From: the human T2T-CHM13v2.0 reference genome, Homo sapiens
Assembly (NCBI RefSeq): GCF_009914755.1
Contig: NC_060934.1
Length of the DNA: 64,000 nucleotides
Reading direction: 5' to 3' (one strand)
Shown here: positions 41,814 through 57,996 of the stretch, piece after piece
Numbering within the stretch: the stretch's first letter is position 1
How the letters are laid out: each line of letters starts with the position of its first letter
Translations under genes and position numbers: made by a program
The notes under the pieces: generated by a model
What the model saw: the letters and a program-made list of their open reading frames with translations, nothing else
The model's database searches: none
What the model was told of the DNA's origin: nothing

Positions 41814-42953
41814 TTGGAAGGAAGGAAGGAAAAAGGAGAAGGGGAAAGGGAAGGGGAAGGGAGAAAGAAAGGCAGCCGGGTGGGAAGGAGGGAAGGAGGG
41901 AAAGAAAGGAAAGGAAAGGAAAAACAAAGGAAAAAGAAAGGAAGAAAGGAAGAGCCTAAACTTAAAGGAAAGAAGGAAGTGATCTGATATATATTTGGGA
42001 GGTATTTCAGGATGTATGCCTTCTTAGCGAGGGAAAAGAAATGGCCTAGAATAGGGCTTTTCAAATCATCTTGGTGGAGTCCCATTTTTAGAATTTCTAA
42101 CCCATCGTGGACCAATACTTCCGTCAAGTAAAGGGAAAAATGATCATGTGCTTGGATATTGCTGAAATGTCAAGTTGCTTTAAAAGTTTCATTTATGTTC
42201 AATTTCCGTACTTAATCTTGTTATGGTAATCTGTGGTCAAGCATTCATTTCAGAGCACATTTTCAGTAGCGCTATTCTAGGAGGACTGCAGAGTTTCTGG
42301 CTTGATAACTAGAAGAACAGTGATGACTTTAGCCAAGTTAAGGAGCAAACAAGTGTATGTGGGGGTTGAAGATGAGTTCCACTGTGGATATGTTATTCTC
42401 AGTGTCCCAGAGGAATACAGACAGATGCATCCATAAAGCTGCTGGCAATTCAGCTTGTGTGCATTTCATTTGTAGAGGATTCTTCACATGGGGTAGGTAT
42501 TTGGTGCTTCTTAAATGCATAAATGGAAACGAATTTCCCACTTGATTGTCTGCCAGCTACGTATACTATGCCTGTTAGAACAAGCAATGGCAGAACATAG
42601 GGATACATAAAATATCCTCTCGGTGTTGAGAAATTTTACCACAATCAGAAAATCTTAATAAGACTTTTAAAACAGTGCATGACATGAAAACTTGACTTTT
42701 GCCCATACACACAAAAATGATAAAAGGAAGTCATCTTTTCTCTCTACTCCACTATTCATCTTGCATTTATTCATACTTCATGTGTCTGCTATGACATGAG
42801 TTCACTGGCTTCAAGTTTACTGAGAAATCACAGAGACTGGCCAAGCTATTTTCGTATGAAGCAAAAATCTCAGTCCTTACAACTCAAGTACAAAAACCAT
42901 GTAACATTTTCTATGTGTCATAGTAACTTTTTCTTGTTATCTCTATTCTACGT

Positions 42954-43354
42954 TGATATTGTCTGGATATTTGCCTCCTCCAAATCTCATGCCGAAATCT
43001 GATCCCCAGTGTTAAAGGTGGAGCCTAACGGAAGGCGTCTGGGTCATGGCTGTGGATCCCTCATGAATGGCTTGGTGTGTCCTCATGGTAATAAGTGAGT
43101 TCTTGCTGTATTAGCTCCTGCAAGATTTAACTGTTAAAAAGAGCCTGGCCCCTCTTCTCTCCCTCACCATGTGACATGCCAACTTCTCTTTGCTTCCACC
43201 ATGAACAGAAGTACCTTAAAGCTTTCACCAGAAGCAGGTATGGGTTCCATGCTTTTTGCACAGCCTGCAGAACTGTGAGTCAAATAAACCTCTTTTCTGT
43301 ATGAATTACCCAGTCTCAGGTATTCCTTAACATCAGTGCAAATGGACTAAGACA
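42954..43354 (+). mobile_element. MST solo LTR
   Basis: TGATATTGTCTGGATATTTG...CAAATCTCATG...GGACTAAGACA. Confidence 0.88.
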
Positions 43355-43739
43355 CATCAGAAGAAGAAATATTAATCAGCCTGTACCCAAAGCTACATCT
43401 TCATAACAGAGGGCTTACAGAGGGCTAACATGCTGTGAGTGGTCTGGTTGCTGGTAAACAAATGTCCACCCTGCCCTCCACTCAGTTTCCCCAATCACTC
43501 TCATTCCTTGGGTCCTAATCACCCATCCATATTGTTCACTGCCATGATGCCCCATTCTCACCCCTCAATCTCTCAGGTTGAGCTCTTTCTTGACCAGTTC
43601 TGAGCCCTCTTTCACGCCTCTCCAAGGACAGGAAACTCTACAAAGCTAAGACCTTCCACTATTATAATGCTACTTTTTAGTGCTTGAACAATCAATGTAG
43701 GGCTTCCTGCACCTTTCTATAAAACAATTCTTTCAACGA

Positions 43740-44920
43740 TCTATAGCAGCAAATATCTCCCAAGAACCTACTGTGTTCCAGGCACTGTTCTAGACTCTTG
43801 GAAACTACAGTGAACAAAACAGAGAAAAATCTCTGACCTCAAGAACATGCATTCTCGGATGAGGAAATCAACAGCAAATAACAGGCAAAACGATAAGTAA
43901 GAAATTATGTAGTATATAAGAAATTGGGAAGTGCTGTGGAATAAAGTAGAGCGGGATGAAGAGGACTTAGGAATTCAGGGTTGGGTGGCTCCTTGAAATT
44001 CTAAATAGACTTGTCAAGATGGAGTCCATCGGGAGGGTGATATCAGAGCAAAGACTTGGAAGAGGTGAAGAACAGTCAGGTTAGTAGTTGGAGGAAGGGC
44101 GTTCCAGGCAGAAGGAATGACAGGTGCAAAGGCCCGAAGGCAAGAGTAGCCGTGTCCAAAGAACAACAGGAAGGCCAACATGGCAGAGTGGAGTGAGCAA
44201 GGGTGATAAAATCAAGGGATCCATTCAGGAAGGCAACCGAGAGGGGAAGACTGGCTTGGGTTTTTACTGTGAGAGAAATGGACAATTACCGAAGAAGTGA
44301 CATATTTTGATGTATTGATCATTTATTTATTTATGATTTATTTGAGTCAGGGTCTCACTCTATAGCCCAGGCTGGAGTGCAGTGGCACATTCATAGCTCA
44401 CTACATCCTTGACCTCCTGGGCTCAAGTGAACCTCCCACCTCAGCCTCTTGAATAGCTGGAACTATAGGTGTGTGCCACCATGTCCAGCTAGTATTTTAA
44501 AAAACTTTTTGTAGAGATGGGGTGTTGCTATGTTGCCCAGGCTGGCCTCGAACTCCTGGCCTCTAGGAATCCTCCTGCCTGAGTCTCCCAAATAGCTTGG
44601 ATTACAAGAGGAAGTCACTGTGCCTAGCCCAATTTGACAGATTTTAAAAGGACTGCTCTAGTCATGATGTTAAGACCACACTAAGGAAAGAGGGTTGAAG
44701 AAAGGAAACCAGTTAGAAGCTATTTCAGTAGCAGTGGAGGTAGGGAAAAGTGTTTAGATTCCGGGTATATTTGAAGTAGAGCCATCAGAATTTCTTACAG
44801 GATTGGAGAAAGATGAGTTGAAGATACCAAGGTTTTGTCCTGGACACTGGAGGGAATGGAGTTACCGTCAGCTTGACAGGGCCAACTGTAGACAAAGAGA
44901 TCTGTTGAGAATGATTAGGT
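43740..44920 (-). mobile_element. L2 (L2a/b) fragment interrupted by an Alu
   Basis: ACCTACTGTGTTCCAGGCACTGTTCTAG; GTTCCAGGCAGAAGGAA...TGCAAAGGCCC. Confidence 0.8.
44322..44630 (-). mobile_element. AluJ
   Basis: Diverged dimer. Confidence 0.9.
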
Positions 44921-45017
44921 GCTACTGATTTTTTGTTCCTAGGCCATGGTTCCATACATGGCTGTCTCCAGTGCTAAGCACAGTGACTACCACTTAGTAG
45001 GCAGAAAATATCTCTAA

Positions 45018-45288
45018 AGAGGCCAAGGCAGGAGGATCGCTTGAACCTAGAGTTCAACACCAGCCTGGGCAATATAGCAATACCCTGCCCCTACAAAAGA
45101 ATTTTTTAAAAAGTGGCCAGGCATGGTGGCACATGCCTGTAGTCCTAGCTACTTGGGAGACTGAGGTGGGAGGATTGTTTGAGCCCAGAAGTTTGAGGTT
45201 GCAGTGAGCTATGATCACACTATTGCACTCTATCCTGGGTGACAGAGCTGGAGTACAGACACCCTTTCTCAATCAATCCATCAATCAA
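45018..45288 (+). mobile_element. AluJ, 5'-truncated
   Basis: Starts at GAGGCCAAGGCAGG. Confidence 0.88.
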
Positions 45289-45849
45289 TGAAAAAGAAAA
45301 TACCTGTTGAACAGACAAATCAGTGTGTGAATGATTAAATACAATCCCCACAGGGCAAGCAACCTGAGATTTTGCTGCTTTCTTGGGTTCTATCCAGGGA
45401 GCACAGGGCAAAATTTCTCTGTTTTCACATTTCCCAAAATTACCAGAATTTTTTTTTATCTGATTTCATCCCCAGTCCAGGGTTTTTCAGTCTGGCATGG
45501 AGATAAAGTAATGATCCCGTTCTCAAAGACACATAGTTCAACTCTCCTGTTCCTCCTCAACTATTGATATCATCTTCCATCCCTCAATCCAAGAAATCTT
45601 TGTCTATTTCCAGGAATAAGAAAAATTGCCTAGCTGTATATTCTTCTAAATTAAGAAATTTTATTCCTGGGGTTTCAGCTTTTCAAACTCCAAAGTTAAG
45701 ACTTGTACTCCTGCACTCTTAGTTGATACCAACTTTTCCAAATATTACGGGATAATACTGGGACGTATGAATTGGCAGCATACCACTGACCGAATGAGGA
45801 TAAAGGCAAGAAATGCAAGGGAACAACAACAATGTAAAACACACCAGGT

Positions 45850-46163
<314 letters not shown>

Positions 46164-47248
46164 TTAATACATCAAAACATTATGCCACTTCTTTTTTGAT
46201 CACTTAGGATGAAATGGATATGCCCCTATAATAGGCTATGTCTGCACAATCATCTTATAATTGTTATCAGCCTGCCCATTGATCCAGAGTAAATTAGTCT
46301 GATGATATTTAAGTAAAACAGATTCTGTCCATAAAATTATGCAAAATGTAACAATGTTGACGCTGGTCATACTGTGCAAGCTAATAATTAGACATTGTCT
46401 ATGTCATTTTCTGAACTTTCAGAGAGAACATTAAACAGTCAGACACTTGTTAATGGTAGAACATTTCCAGGGAAAATGGCTGGCAGGAGAATTGAGGAGC
46501 AAGGATCAACAGAACACAGTGATGAGAAGGAAACATGAAAGGAGTTTTTCGGGAAACAGAAAAGAAATGGATCCTTCAACCACGGGAACAGAGAGTTTTC
46601 TGTCTTTAAATTCTGCCAGTGTTTATATTCTAATTAATTTTTTATAGGTTAATCTCCATCTATTGTTTTTGAAGATACCAACCCCCTGTTAGCTCATTAA
46701 AGAACAGATTGTTTAACTTATCAGAGACTTCCTAAAACCCTGGAAAATCCCCAAATTCATAAACCACATGTCATTCTCCCCATGCAATGCAGTTGCATAT
46801 AGCTGAAAAATTATATGTAAATGATTTAACTCTCACTCAATGATCAGTTTCTGTCCTACCTGAGATGCTTACTCAATTTGTTTTATAAATTCTGCTTTTT
46901 AACATTCTCATAAAGAACATATGTCTGGCTTGATATCATAGATTCTAGTCACCCATAAATATAACATTTCACTCTAACCAAAAAGGTCTATTTTCCGGCT
47001 AAGAACTAGTACTTCTTTTTTAGTCTCCTTCCTTTACTTCATCAGCTCTTGAAGCTGTTGTCAGTTCAGGCAACATTTTCTGGCAGAATAAAAAAATTTC
47101 ATGCACACACGAGGTCATAAATTGAACCCCAGCCCACTTCCAAATGCACACATCCTGGGTTGCACATTGGCTTTTGGCTACATTTGTCTCAAAGGGATTC
47201 AGTCCTGTTCACTAGCATTTAGGATTCAAATTAATCTCAGCAAAAATT

Positions 47249-47541
47249 GACCAGGTGCAGTGGCTCATGCCTGTCATCTCAGCACTTTGGGAGGCTGAGG
47301 CAGGTGGATCACGTGAGGTCAAGAGTTTGAGACCAGCCTGGCCAACATGGCAAAATCCCGTCTCTACTAAAAATATAAAAATTAGCCACACACGGTGGTA
47401 GACACCTGTAATCCCAGCAACTCAGGAGGCTGAGGCATGAGAATCGCTTGAACCCCAGAGGCAGAGGTTGCCATGTGCCAGGATTGCGCCACTGCACTCC
47501 ATCCTGGGTGACACAGACTCCATCTCAAGAAAAAAAAAAAA
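47249..47541 (+). mobile_element. AluS
   Basis: Dimer; AAAAATTGA on both flanks. Confidence 0.92.
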
Positions 47542-48179
47542 ACTTAGAAAAAATTGAAAAATATTTCATGTCATGAACTTCCAGATAACCTTTAAAGAGA
47601 GACAATCACAGACATTAAATTCATAAAGACAAAGGTTCTACTGTACTTTCTTCTGAAAACAGAGCAATTCATTTGAAGTGAGCTTACATGAAATCATAGC
47701 AGCACAGGCTAAATTTGAAGAACTTTCTCTCATTCAACAAATATTGAAAATAATATCATAGGTATTATAAATCATGAAGAGATGATTCTCCCATGGCCTC
47801 TACCCCCAGAGAGCATATTGTTTGCCCTCGAATTTAATTATTCATTCAACAAATGTTTTTTGAGCAACTGCTCTGTGTTAATCATTTTCATTGGTACTAG
47901 CCATAAAGCAGTGAACAAGATAAGAAATGCCCCTGTTCTACTGCCGGAAGACAGACAGCAAACAAATAAAATAGTAGGTAGTGGTAAGTCTTGCAAGAAA
48001 ATTGTGGCAGGATATTGTCATCAAGAATGACCTAGGAGTACGATATAAGCTCTGAGCTTTTCATATGTGGCCTTTATATTGTTGAGGTAACATTTCTTCT
48101 AGATTTAATTTGTTGGCTGTTCTTACCATGAAAGGATGTTAAATTCTTTCCAATTTTATCATGAAAGAATGTTAAATTC

Positions 48180-48466
48180 GGCTGGGCACGGTGGCTCACG
48201 CCTGTAATCCCAGCACTTTGGGAGGCCGAGTCGGGTGGATCACGAGGTCAGGAGATCGAGACCACAGTGAAACCCCGTCTCTACTAAAAATACAAAAAAA
48301 ATTAGCCGGGCACGGTGGTGGGCACCTGTAGTCCCAGCTACTCAGGAGGCTGACGTAGAATGGCGTGAACCCAGGAGGCAGAGCTTGCAGTGAGCCGAGA
48401 TAGCGCCACTGCACTCCAGCCTGGGCGACACAGCAAGACCCCGTCTCAAAAAAAAGAAAAAAAAAA
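48180..48466 (+). mobile_element. AluY-like (short internal deletion)
   Basis: CpG-rich; GAGATCGAGACCA-CAGTGAAACCCCG. Confidence 0.93.
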
Positions 48467-49027
48467 GTTACATTCTTTCCAATTTTTTCTGCATTTACTG
48501 AGATAATTATATGATTTTTATTCTTCATTCTGTTAATGTGGTGTATCACATTTATTGATTTGCATATATTGAACCATTCTTGCATCCCAGGGATAAATTC
48601 CAATTGATCATGACATATGATCTTGGTGATGTGCTGTTCAATTTGGTTTGCAGGTATATTGTTGAGGGTTTTTGCATGCGTGTTCATCAGGGATATTGGC
48701 CTTTAATTTTCTTGCAGTTTCCTTATCTGGTCTTGGTGTGGGGTGACCAACATACATGTAGACATGTACACCACCAGAAATGAAACCATGCATATATGAA
48801 AGCATTCCCTCCTGTTGAAGTTTCTGGAAGAGTCTGAGATAATTGGTATTAATTCTTTAGATGTTTGTAAGATTTTATTTATGAAGTTATCTGGTCCTGC
48901 ACTTTTCTTCGTTGGGAAGTTTTCTGACTATTGATTCAATCTCCTTATTCATTATTGGTTTGTTTAGACTTTGTTTCTTTGTGATTTGGTTTTGCGGATT
49001 TCTAGAAATTTGTCCCTTCCTTCTTAG

Positions 49028-49325
<298 letters not shown>

Positions 49326-50751
49326 GTTTCTTCTTGGTTATCCAATTTGTTGTCATTATTGTTTATCGTAGTCTCTCATGTATCTGTTTTTCTGTGGTAT
49401 CAGTTGAAATGTCTCCTCTTTCATTCATAATTCATTTGATTCATCTTTTTTTCCTGGTTAGTCTAAATAAAGGTTTGTCAATTTTGTTGATTTTTTCAAA
49501 AAACTCTTAATTAATCTTTTCTATTATCTTTCTAATCTCTATTTCATTTATTTCTGCTCTGATCTTCATTATTTCCTTCCTTCTGCCAACTTTGAGCTTA
49601 GTTTGCTCTTGCTGTTCTAGTCTCTTAAGATGTGAAATTGGATGTCCATACTACCTAAAGCAATCTACGGATTTAATGCAATCCCTATGAAAATTCCAAT
49701 TGCATTTTTCATAGATACAGAAAACAATTCTAAAATTTGGAACCACAAAAGACACCAAATAGCCAAAGCAATTTTGAGAAGAACAAAACTGGAGGCATCA
49801 CGTTCCCTGATTTCCAAGTATATTACGAAGCTTTAGTAATCAAAACAATATCATACTGATGTGAAAACAGACATATAGTCCAATGGAAGAGAATAAAAAG
49901 CACAGAAATAAACCCATGCATATATGGTCAACTAATTTTTGACAAGGGTGCCAAGAATACATAATAGTGAAAGAAAAGTCTCTTCAATAAATGGTGTTGG
50001 GACAGCTGGATATCCACGTGCAGAAGAATGAAATTAGACCTATATCTCACACCATAAACAAAAATTAACTCAAAATGCATAAAAGACTTAAGTGTAAGAC
50101 CTGAAACTGTAAAAATAGTTGAAGAAAATACAGGGGAGAAGCTCCATGACATTAGTCTGGGCAATGAGTTTTTGGATGTGACTCCCAAAAGCACAAGTAA
50201 CCAAATCAAAATAGACCAGTGGGATTACATCAAACTGAAAAGCTTCTACACAGCAAAGGAAACAATCAACAAAGTGAAGAGACAACTAACTGAATGAGAG
50301 AAAATATTTGCAAGTGATACATCTAATAAGGAGCTAATATCCAAATTAAATAAGGAACTCAAAAACTCAGTAACAAGAAAATAAACGGGCCAAAGAACTG
50401 ACCAGACATATCTCAAAAGAAGACATACAAATGGCCAACAAGTACAAGAAAAATGATCAACATTACTAAGCATCAGAGCAATGCAACTCAAAACCACAAT
50501 GAAAATTACCTCACACCTGTTTGAACGGCTATGATCAAAAAGTTGATAGATAACAAGGTGTGGAGGAAAGGGAACCCTTGTACATTACCATATGATCCAG
50601 CCAACCCACCACTGAGCTTATATCCAAAGAAAATTACATCAGTATCTCAGAGAGATACATGCACTCCCATAATCATTTCAGTATTATTTTCAAAAGCCAA
50701 GATATGCAAACAACCTAACCAGCAGGAGATGAACAGATAAAGAAAATGTTT

Positions 50752-51049
50752 AGGCCAGGTGTGGTAGTTCACACCTGTAATCCCAGAACTCTGGGAGGCT
50801 GAGGTGGGAGGAACACTTGAGCTGAGGATTTTGAGGCCAGCCCAGGGAAACACAGTGAAACCCTGTCTCTACAAGGAGAAAAAAAAAAAATTAGCCAGAC
50901 ATGATGGCACATACCTGTGGTCCCAACTACTCAGAAGACTGAGGTTGGAGGGTTGCTTGAGTCTGCAGTGAGCCGTGATCACGCCAGCATGCTCCAGCCT
51001 AGAGAACAAAGCAAGGCTCTATCTAAAAAAAAAAAGAAAAGAAAAGAAA
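50752..51049 (+). mobile_element. AluJ
   Basis: Dimer; AAGAAAATGT on both flanks. Confidence 0.9.
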
Positions 51050-51267
51050 ATGTCATATATATATTTATGTGTATATATATATACACACATTATATATAGG
51101 AATATATATTATATAATATATGTAAGGAATAATGTAATTCAGTCTTAGACAGAAAGTCTGCCATTTGTAACAACACAGATGAATCTGGAGAACATTATGC
51201 TAAGTGACACAAGCCAGGCACAGAAAGATAAATACTACATGATCTTATTTATATGTGGACTCTTGCT

Positions 51268-51585
51268 TTTTTTTCCTTTTTTTTTTTTTTTTTTTTTTTT
51301 TTTTGAGACAGAGTCTCCCTCTGTCACTCAGGCTGGAGTGCAATGGCGCAATCTCCGCTCACTGCAACCTCCGCCTTCTGGGCTCAAGGGATTCTCCTGT
51401 TCAGCCTCCCGAGTAGCTGGGACTACAGGCATATGCCACCATGCCCAGTTAATTTTTGTATTTTTAGTAGAGATAGGGATTCACCATGTTGATCAGGCTG
51501 GTGTCGAACTCCTGACCTCAGGTGATCTGCCCACCTTGGCCTCCCAATGTGCTGGAATTACAGGCATGAGCCACTGCGTATGGCC
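51268..51585 (-). mobile_element. AluSx-like
   Basis: Dimer; TSD TATATGTGGACTC. Confidence 0.95.
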
Positions 51586-53468
51586 TATATGTGGACTCAA
51601 AAAAATGTCAAACACATAGAGAGAGTAGAGTGGCAGTTATTAGGGTGTGGAGGAGGAGGTAAGGCAAAGATGTGAGTCAAAGGGTATAAATAAGTCTAGA
51701 GAACGAACGTGCAGCAGGAGAAAGGAGAACCACAGTTAATAATACTGTATTTACTGAAAACCTAGTAAGAGAGCAGATGTTAGGTGCTCTTACCACATAC
51801 ACACACACAAGAAATGACTATGTAAGATGATGGATATGTTAAATTTCTTAGCTATAGTAATCATTTCACTGTACATATAAAATCATGTTGTCCACGTTAA
51901 ATTTACACAAAAAAGAAGAAAAATGCAGATACGTTTACAGAAGAGTATTAAAATCACTCATTACCCCAAATCAAGACATAGTATCTGATCACCTGTTGGT
52001 CTATTTACTTCCAATTTTGTTATTTTCCTATATATTTTTATGTATGTGTATGTGTGTATTTTCTTTAAAAATATATACTCATACTGTACCTATTGCCTTG
52101 TCACCTAATTCTACTTCTCTGCTTTGCATTATGGTATAAGTGTCTTCAAATGGCTCCATGTTTTGAAAGCATAATTTGTAATGGTAGAATCATATTCTCT
52201 TCTACCATAAATTATTTAACCATTTTTTCAACTGTTGGACATTAATGCTCTTTCCAATTTTTCTCTATTTTAAATAACGGTAAATGAGTAACATCAACAT
52301 GGTACATAAATATTTAACCACAACTCTGATCATTCTGTAACATTTATGCATTCCTAGGAGTCCTTCGAGTAGGTTAAAAAAAAAAAACAACTCAGACTCT
52401 AAAAACACTCTACTCTAAGTTAAAAGTTGTGCTCTACTACTAACTACAGCTGTGGTGTACTTAGGCAGTTACGTAGCCCTTCTAAGCCTCAGGAATACAT
52501 AAAAAGAGAGGACATTTCTAGGTATGCATAGTTATGAGTACAAGCTTACAATTATGTTATATAATTAAATAAAATAAAAATAGTAAATAGATCATGCCAG
52601 TATCTGCATGCTGTACCAGTCCTTGTTTAAAATACCAGGACACCTATTCTTAGTGCAGTAGAAACACGAATAAATATGCATTCTAGGGGTTTTAGACATT
52701 TTCTTCAATGTGACATTTGTTTATGTGTTCAAATAGACCGGGAAAGGTGAGAAACCAGTGGTATGTTTTACCAAGTGCTGTTAATTGAGTGATTTTGCTA
52801 ATTAACATATTACATCCTAACAGGGAATGAAGAGAGATGTTAATTGTCTTCTTCATTACAAAGATGGAGTTAAAGCCAAGAAATCCTTAAGAGACAAATA
52901 GCACTTAACCCCCTGAACTCTGGATGAGGAGGGAGAAGGATGTTTGCTTTTGATCATTCCAGTCTTTCCATGATCTGAATCACTAACTACTCCTTATGGC
53001 TTTAAGTCGTGGCTCTAATTAGTCATTCTCCTGGTTTACAAAGTGAAACGTACATCTAATCATATTTGTAAATTCCAGCAAGCTTTCTGGGCCCATGCTA
53101 TCTCAATAAAATAGATTAAATGCCACCCACCTGTTAAAAATGCTTTTCCCTATGCCAAAAATATTTATACTATCAAATTTAAATTGTATTTGAAAGGATA
53201 TTGTAAAGGCATAAATGTATAACATAATGCCATTATAAGTAATGGGATATATGGTAAGTTAGTTCATAACTAAGTAAGGAAAACTTAACCTATGTTAACT
53301 TCAAAGTAAAAACAGGAGAGTACGATGATTATGAAAGGACGGTGTACGTGGTATGCCTAACCGGAAAGAAATATTCAGAAGGATAATCCCCCCAAAAATT
53401 CCTCGTCTTGCCAAGGTACCAAAATCAAAACATAGCAAAATGAACACTGGCCTTGAGTTTCGCCCAAA

Positions 53469-53835
53469 TGTATTAGTTCTCTTACTGCTGATAAAGACAT
53501 ACCCAAGACTGAGTAATTTATAAAGAAAAGGGGTTTAAAGGACCCACAGTTCCACATGGCTAGAAAGGCCTCACAATCACGGTGGAAGATGAAGGAAGAG
53601 CAAAGGGACATCTTACATGGCGGTGGGCAAGAGAGAATGAGAGTCAAGTGAAAGGGGAAACCCCTGATAAAACCGTCAGATCTCGTGAGACTTACTACCA
53701 CAAGAACAGTACGTACGGGAAAAACAGCCTCCATGATTCAATTATCTCCCACCAGGTCCCTCCCACAACACGGGGGAATTGTGGGAGCTGCAATTCAAGA
53801 TGAGATTTGGTTGAGGACACAGCCAAACCATATCA
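53469..53835 (-). mobile_element. THE1 solo LTR
   Basis: TGTATTAG...CAGCCAAACCATATCA; 5-bp TSD CCAAA. Confidence 0.93.
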
Positions 53836-54312
53836 CCAAACATTTAATACAACCACATGAAAAAAAAACCTTCCTCAAAATTATATAATCCTTTTCATAA
53901 AATAGAGGTGTCTGTGCAATAGGTAGGATGAGCTGGGAACATTTTCTCTTGCCTATGAAATGCAGGTGGGATAACTGAATTATAAATTTGCAGCTTAAGA
54001 ACTCCCAGTTCTCTATTCCAGGTTTAACCACAATGCCTGCTTCATAAGTGTTGCTTAAATTAGTCAGCCACTTTTTCTAATTGGTTATTTGGTCTGCCGT
54101 AGTGCTTGCTCTACTAGACCATAAACCCTGTGGGAACAGGAATGCAGCATCTGCCCCACCTCTGTCACTTCAGCATCTGGAGCAGCACAGGGGCTTAGTA
54201 CATACATGTTGAACGAATCAGTGAGTTGGTTTGTGTCTCCTTCACTCTCCATCTGGCATAAGTTGGTGAGAAGACAACTTACACTTTTTGTTTCTCAAAG
54301 ACTGCAAATTTA

Positions 54313-54620
<308 letters not shown>

Positions 54621-55400
54621 GACTGAAAATTTCATTCCAATTTTCCAAAATTGCATCTTGAGTTTGCCTAGTACTGCCACATTTTTTAATGGGCCTACAG
54701 TCTGCTTTTGAATGGAGGGAATCAAAAAGCTTCATGAGCATTTGGGGAAGCATTTTTATTGTTTTTTTAAAAAAATAGTACTAGGTATTCATGTAGCATG
54801 CTACATTTGTAGCACTTAATATGAACATCAGAACATTATATGTTAATATGTACATATTTAAATGAACACACATAAGCTAAATACTCATTTAATACAAATA
54901 ATTAGTTCCTTAAGTCTTTTGGGTTGCCACTAAAGACCTCTAGACTCCTGTGGGGTCCTAAGGAGTTTGGAATTACTGAGTCTTGCCTCCTCCCCAGGTG
55001 AGCTGATTTTCCTGGAAGCAGGCAGTCCCATACCCACTCTTGCCTCATTTGTGGCTTTGGGGATCCAAGAGGCCCCAGTTGCATGGATGTTTAAGATTGA
55101 ATGGGTTGGTTCCATGGAGTCCCTAGAGTTGCACAGAGAAGAGGGAAACCCTAGGCTCCTCTTAAAAAAAATTCAAGCCCCTACCACTTTAGCAGCAAAT
55201 CATTTGCTTCACATTTTTCACAGTCTTGAACCTCGTATATCTAACAAGCAGAAAAAGTAACGTGAATCCTAACACAACGAAACCGTCATCTAATTTTGTT
55301 TCTACCACTCTCTTGAGTCATGGAGATTCATTTACTGCCATGAATGATTTCTTTTATTGACGTCTTTCTGAATGCACCCACATTGGCCAAAATTGCTTAG

Positions 55401-55746
<346 letters not shown>

Positions 55747-55997
55747 TATTTTTTTAATGTTTAACTTTATGAGTATACAAATAAATCACAATATCATATT
55801 AGCTTGAAGAAAGACCCTGTTGCGAATCTTTAGCTTTAGCATGGGGAGAGCAGGAGTTTCCTGGATGTAGGACAGTGGAGAGTCACATCTAGATTTTATT
55901 CTTATTTTCTCACTTAACTGTTCATCATGAAATGGCATATCACAATATCACTGGATGCCTTTCTAACTCAGGCTTATTAGCCCTCAAATACGAATAA

Positions 55998-56317
<320 letters not shown>

Positions 56318-56525
56318 TCCTATTTCCATTTATTTCATAAGAATAAAAGGGAGTCTGGAAAAACTTAAAATCGTCTTAAGAAAAAGTTTCTCAGCAGAGT
56401 ACTCTGTGCCTTCAAAACTCACACAAGAACCTTCATACCCAGTGAAACTACAGGACCAAAGAGCACAGCAAACGAAGCTGAACTTTTGCTCAGCTGACCC
56501 ACTTCTCCCCTGAACCCTCTTTTAG

Positions 56526-56857
<332 letters not shown>

Positions 56858-57306
56858 TCTGTCTGAGTTTTTTAAGTTCTCAATGTCAGTTTATTATATA
56901 GTCACTTTGTAGCCTAAGGCTTCGGAGTTAAACAACCTATGTTCAAATGTTTATTCCTCCTCACTTGTTGTATGAGTTTCGACAAATAACGAATCAATAC
57001 CAGTTTTCTTCATCTGTAAGAAAGGTGACTAATACCTCATTAGAGTGTTGTGAACACTCAATAAATAATAATATTAACATCTCCCCTTGGCTAAGGGACA
57101 CAGGTATAAATGATCCAAATACTTTATTTGGATAATGAAGGTAAGTCAAGGACAATCTTGTCATTACTTGGGCACATGGAAATACAGATGTTCCTGCGAG
57201 CGTGGAAACAATTCTATGCCGCTCATTACAAGTTAAAGTCAGCAACAATGAAAAAATTAAAATTACACCTAATAAGTAGAATATACCTTTTGTTTAATTT
57301 TTCTAA

Positions 57307-57636
<330 letters not shown>

Positions 57637-57860
57637 TAAGAGTCTAGTTCACTTTTAGCTACATACTGAATTTCTATCCTCTACATACTCCTATGCTGTT
57701 TTAGGGAATTAGAAAATGGTTTAAGATGGTTTTCAAAAAAAGAGAAGATAAAGTTCATGTATACTGGAAAACAATAGCCCTGTTCTAAAGTGGCTAAGAC
57801 TTTAGAACAAATTATAATTATTGGAAAGTCCCTTTTGATTTTTACTTTTTTTTTTCCTCC

Positions 57861-57996
<136 letters not shown>

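Larger units (their letters stand above)
49642..51920 (+). mobile_element. L1MA 3' part (ORF2 C-terminus and 3'UTR) with two Alu insertions
   Basis: [19 protein letters not shown]; [19 protein letters not shown]; L1MA-type 3'UTR and A-rich end. Confidence 0.92.

Noticed and set aside
55033-55121. Further minus-strand AG...GT exon-like intervals (also about 18040-18067 and 2022-2091)
   Set aside because: Weaker donors and no recognisable peptide; their abundance shows how easily pseudo-exons arise
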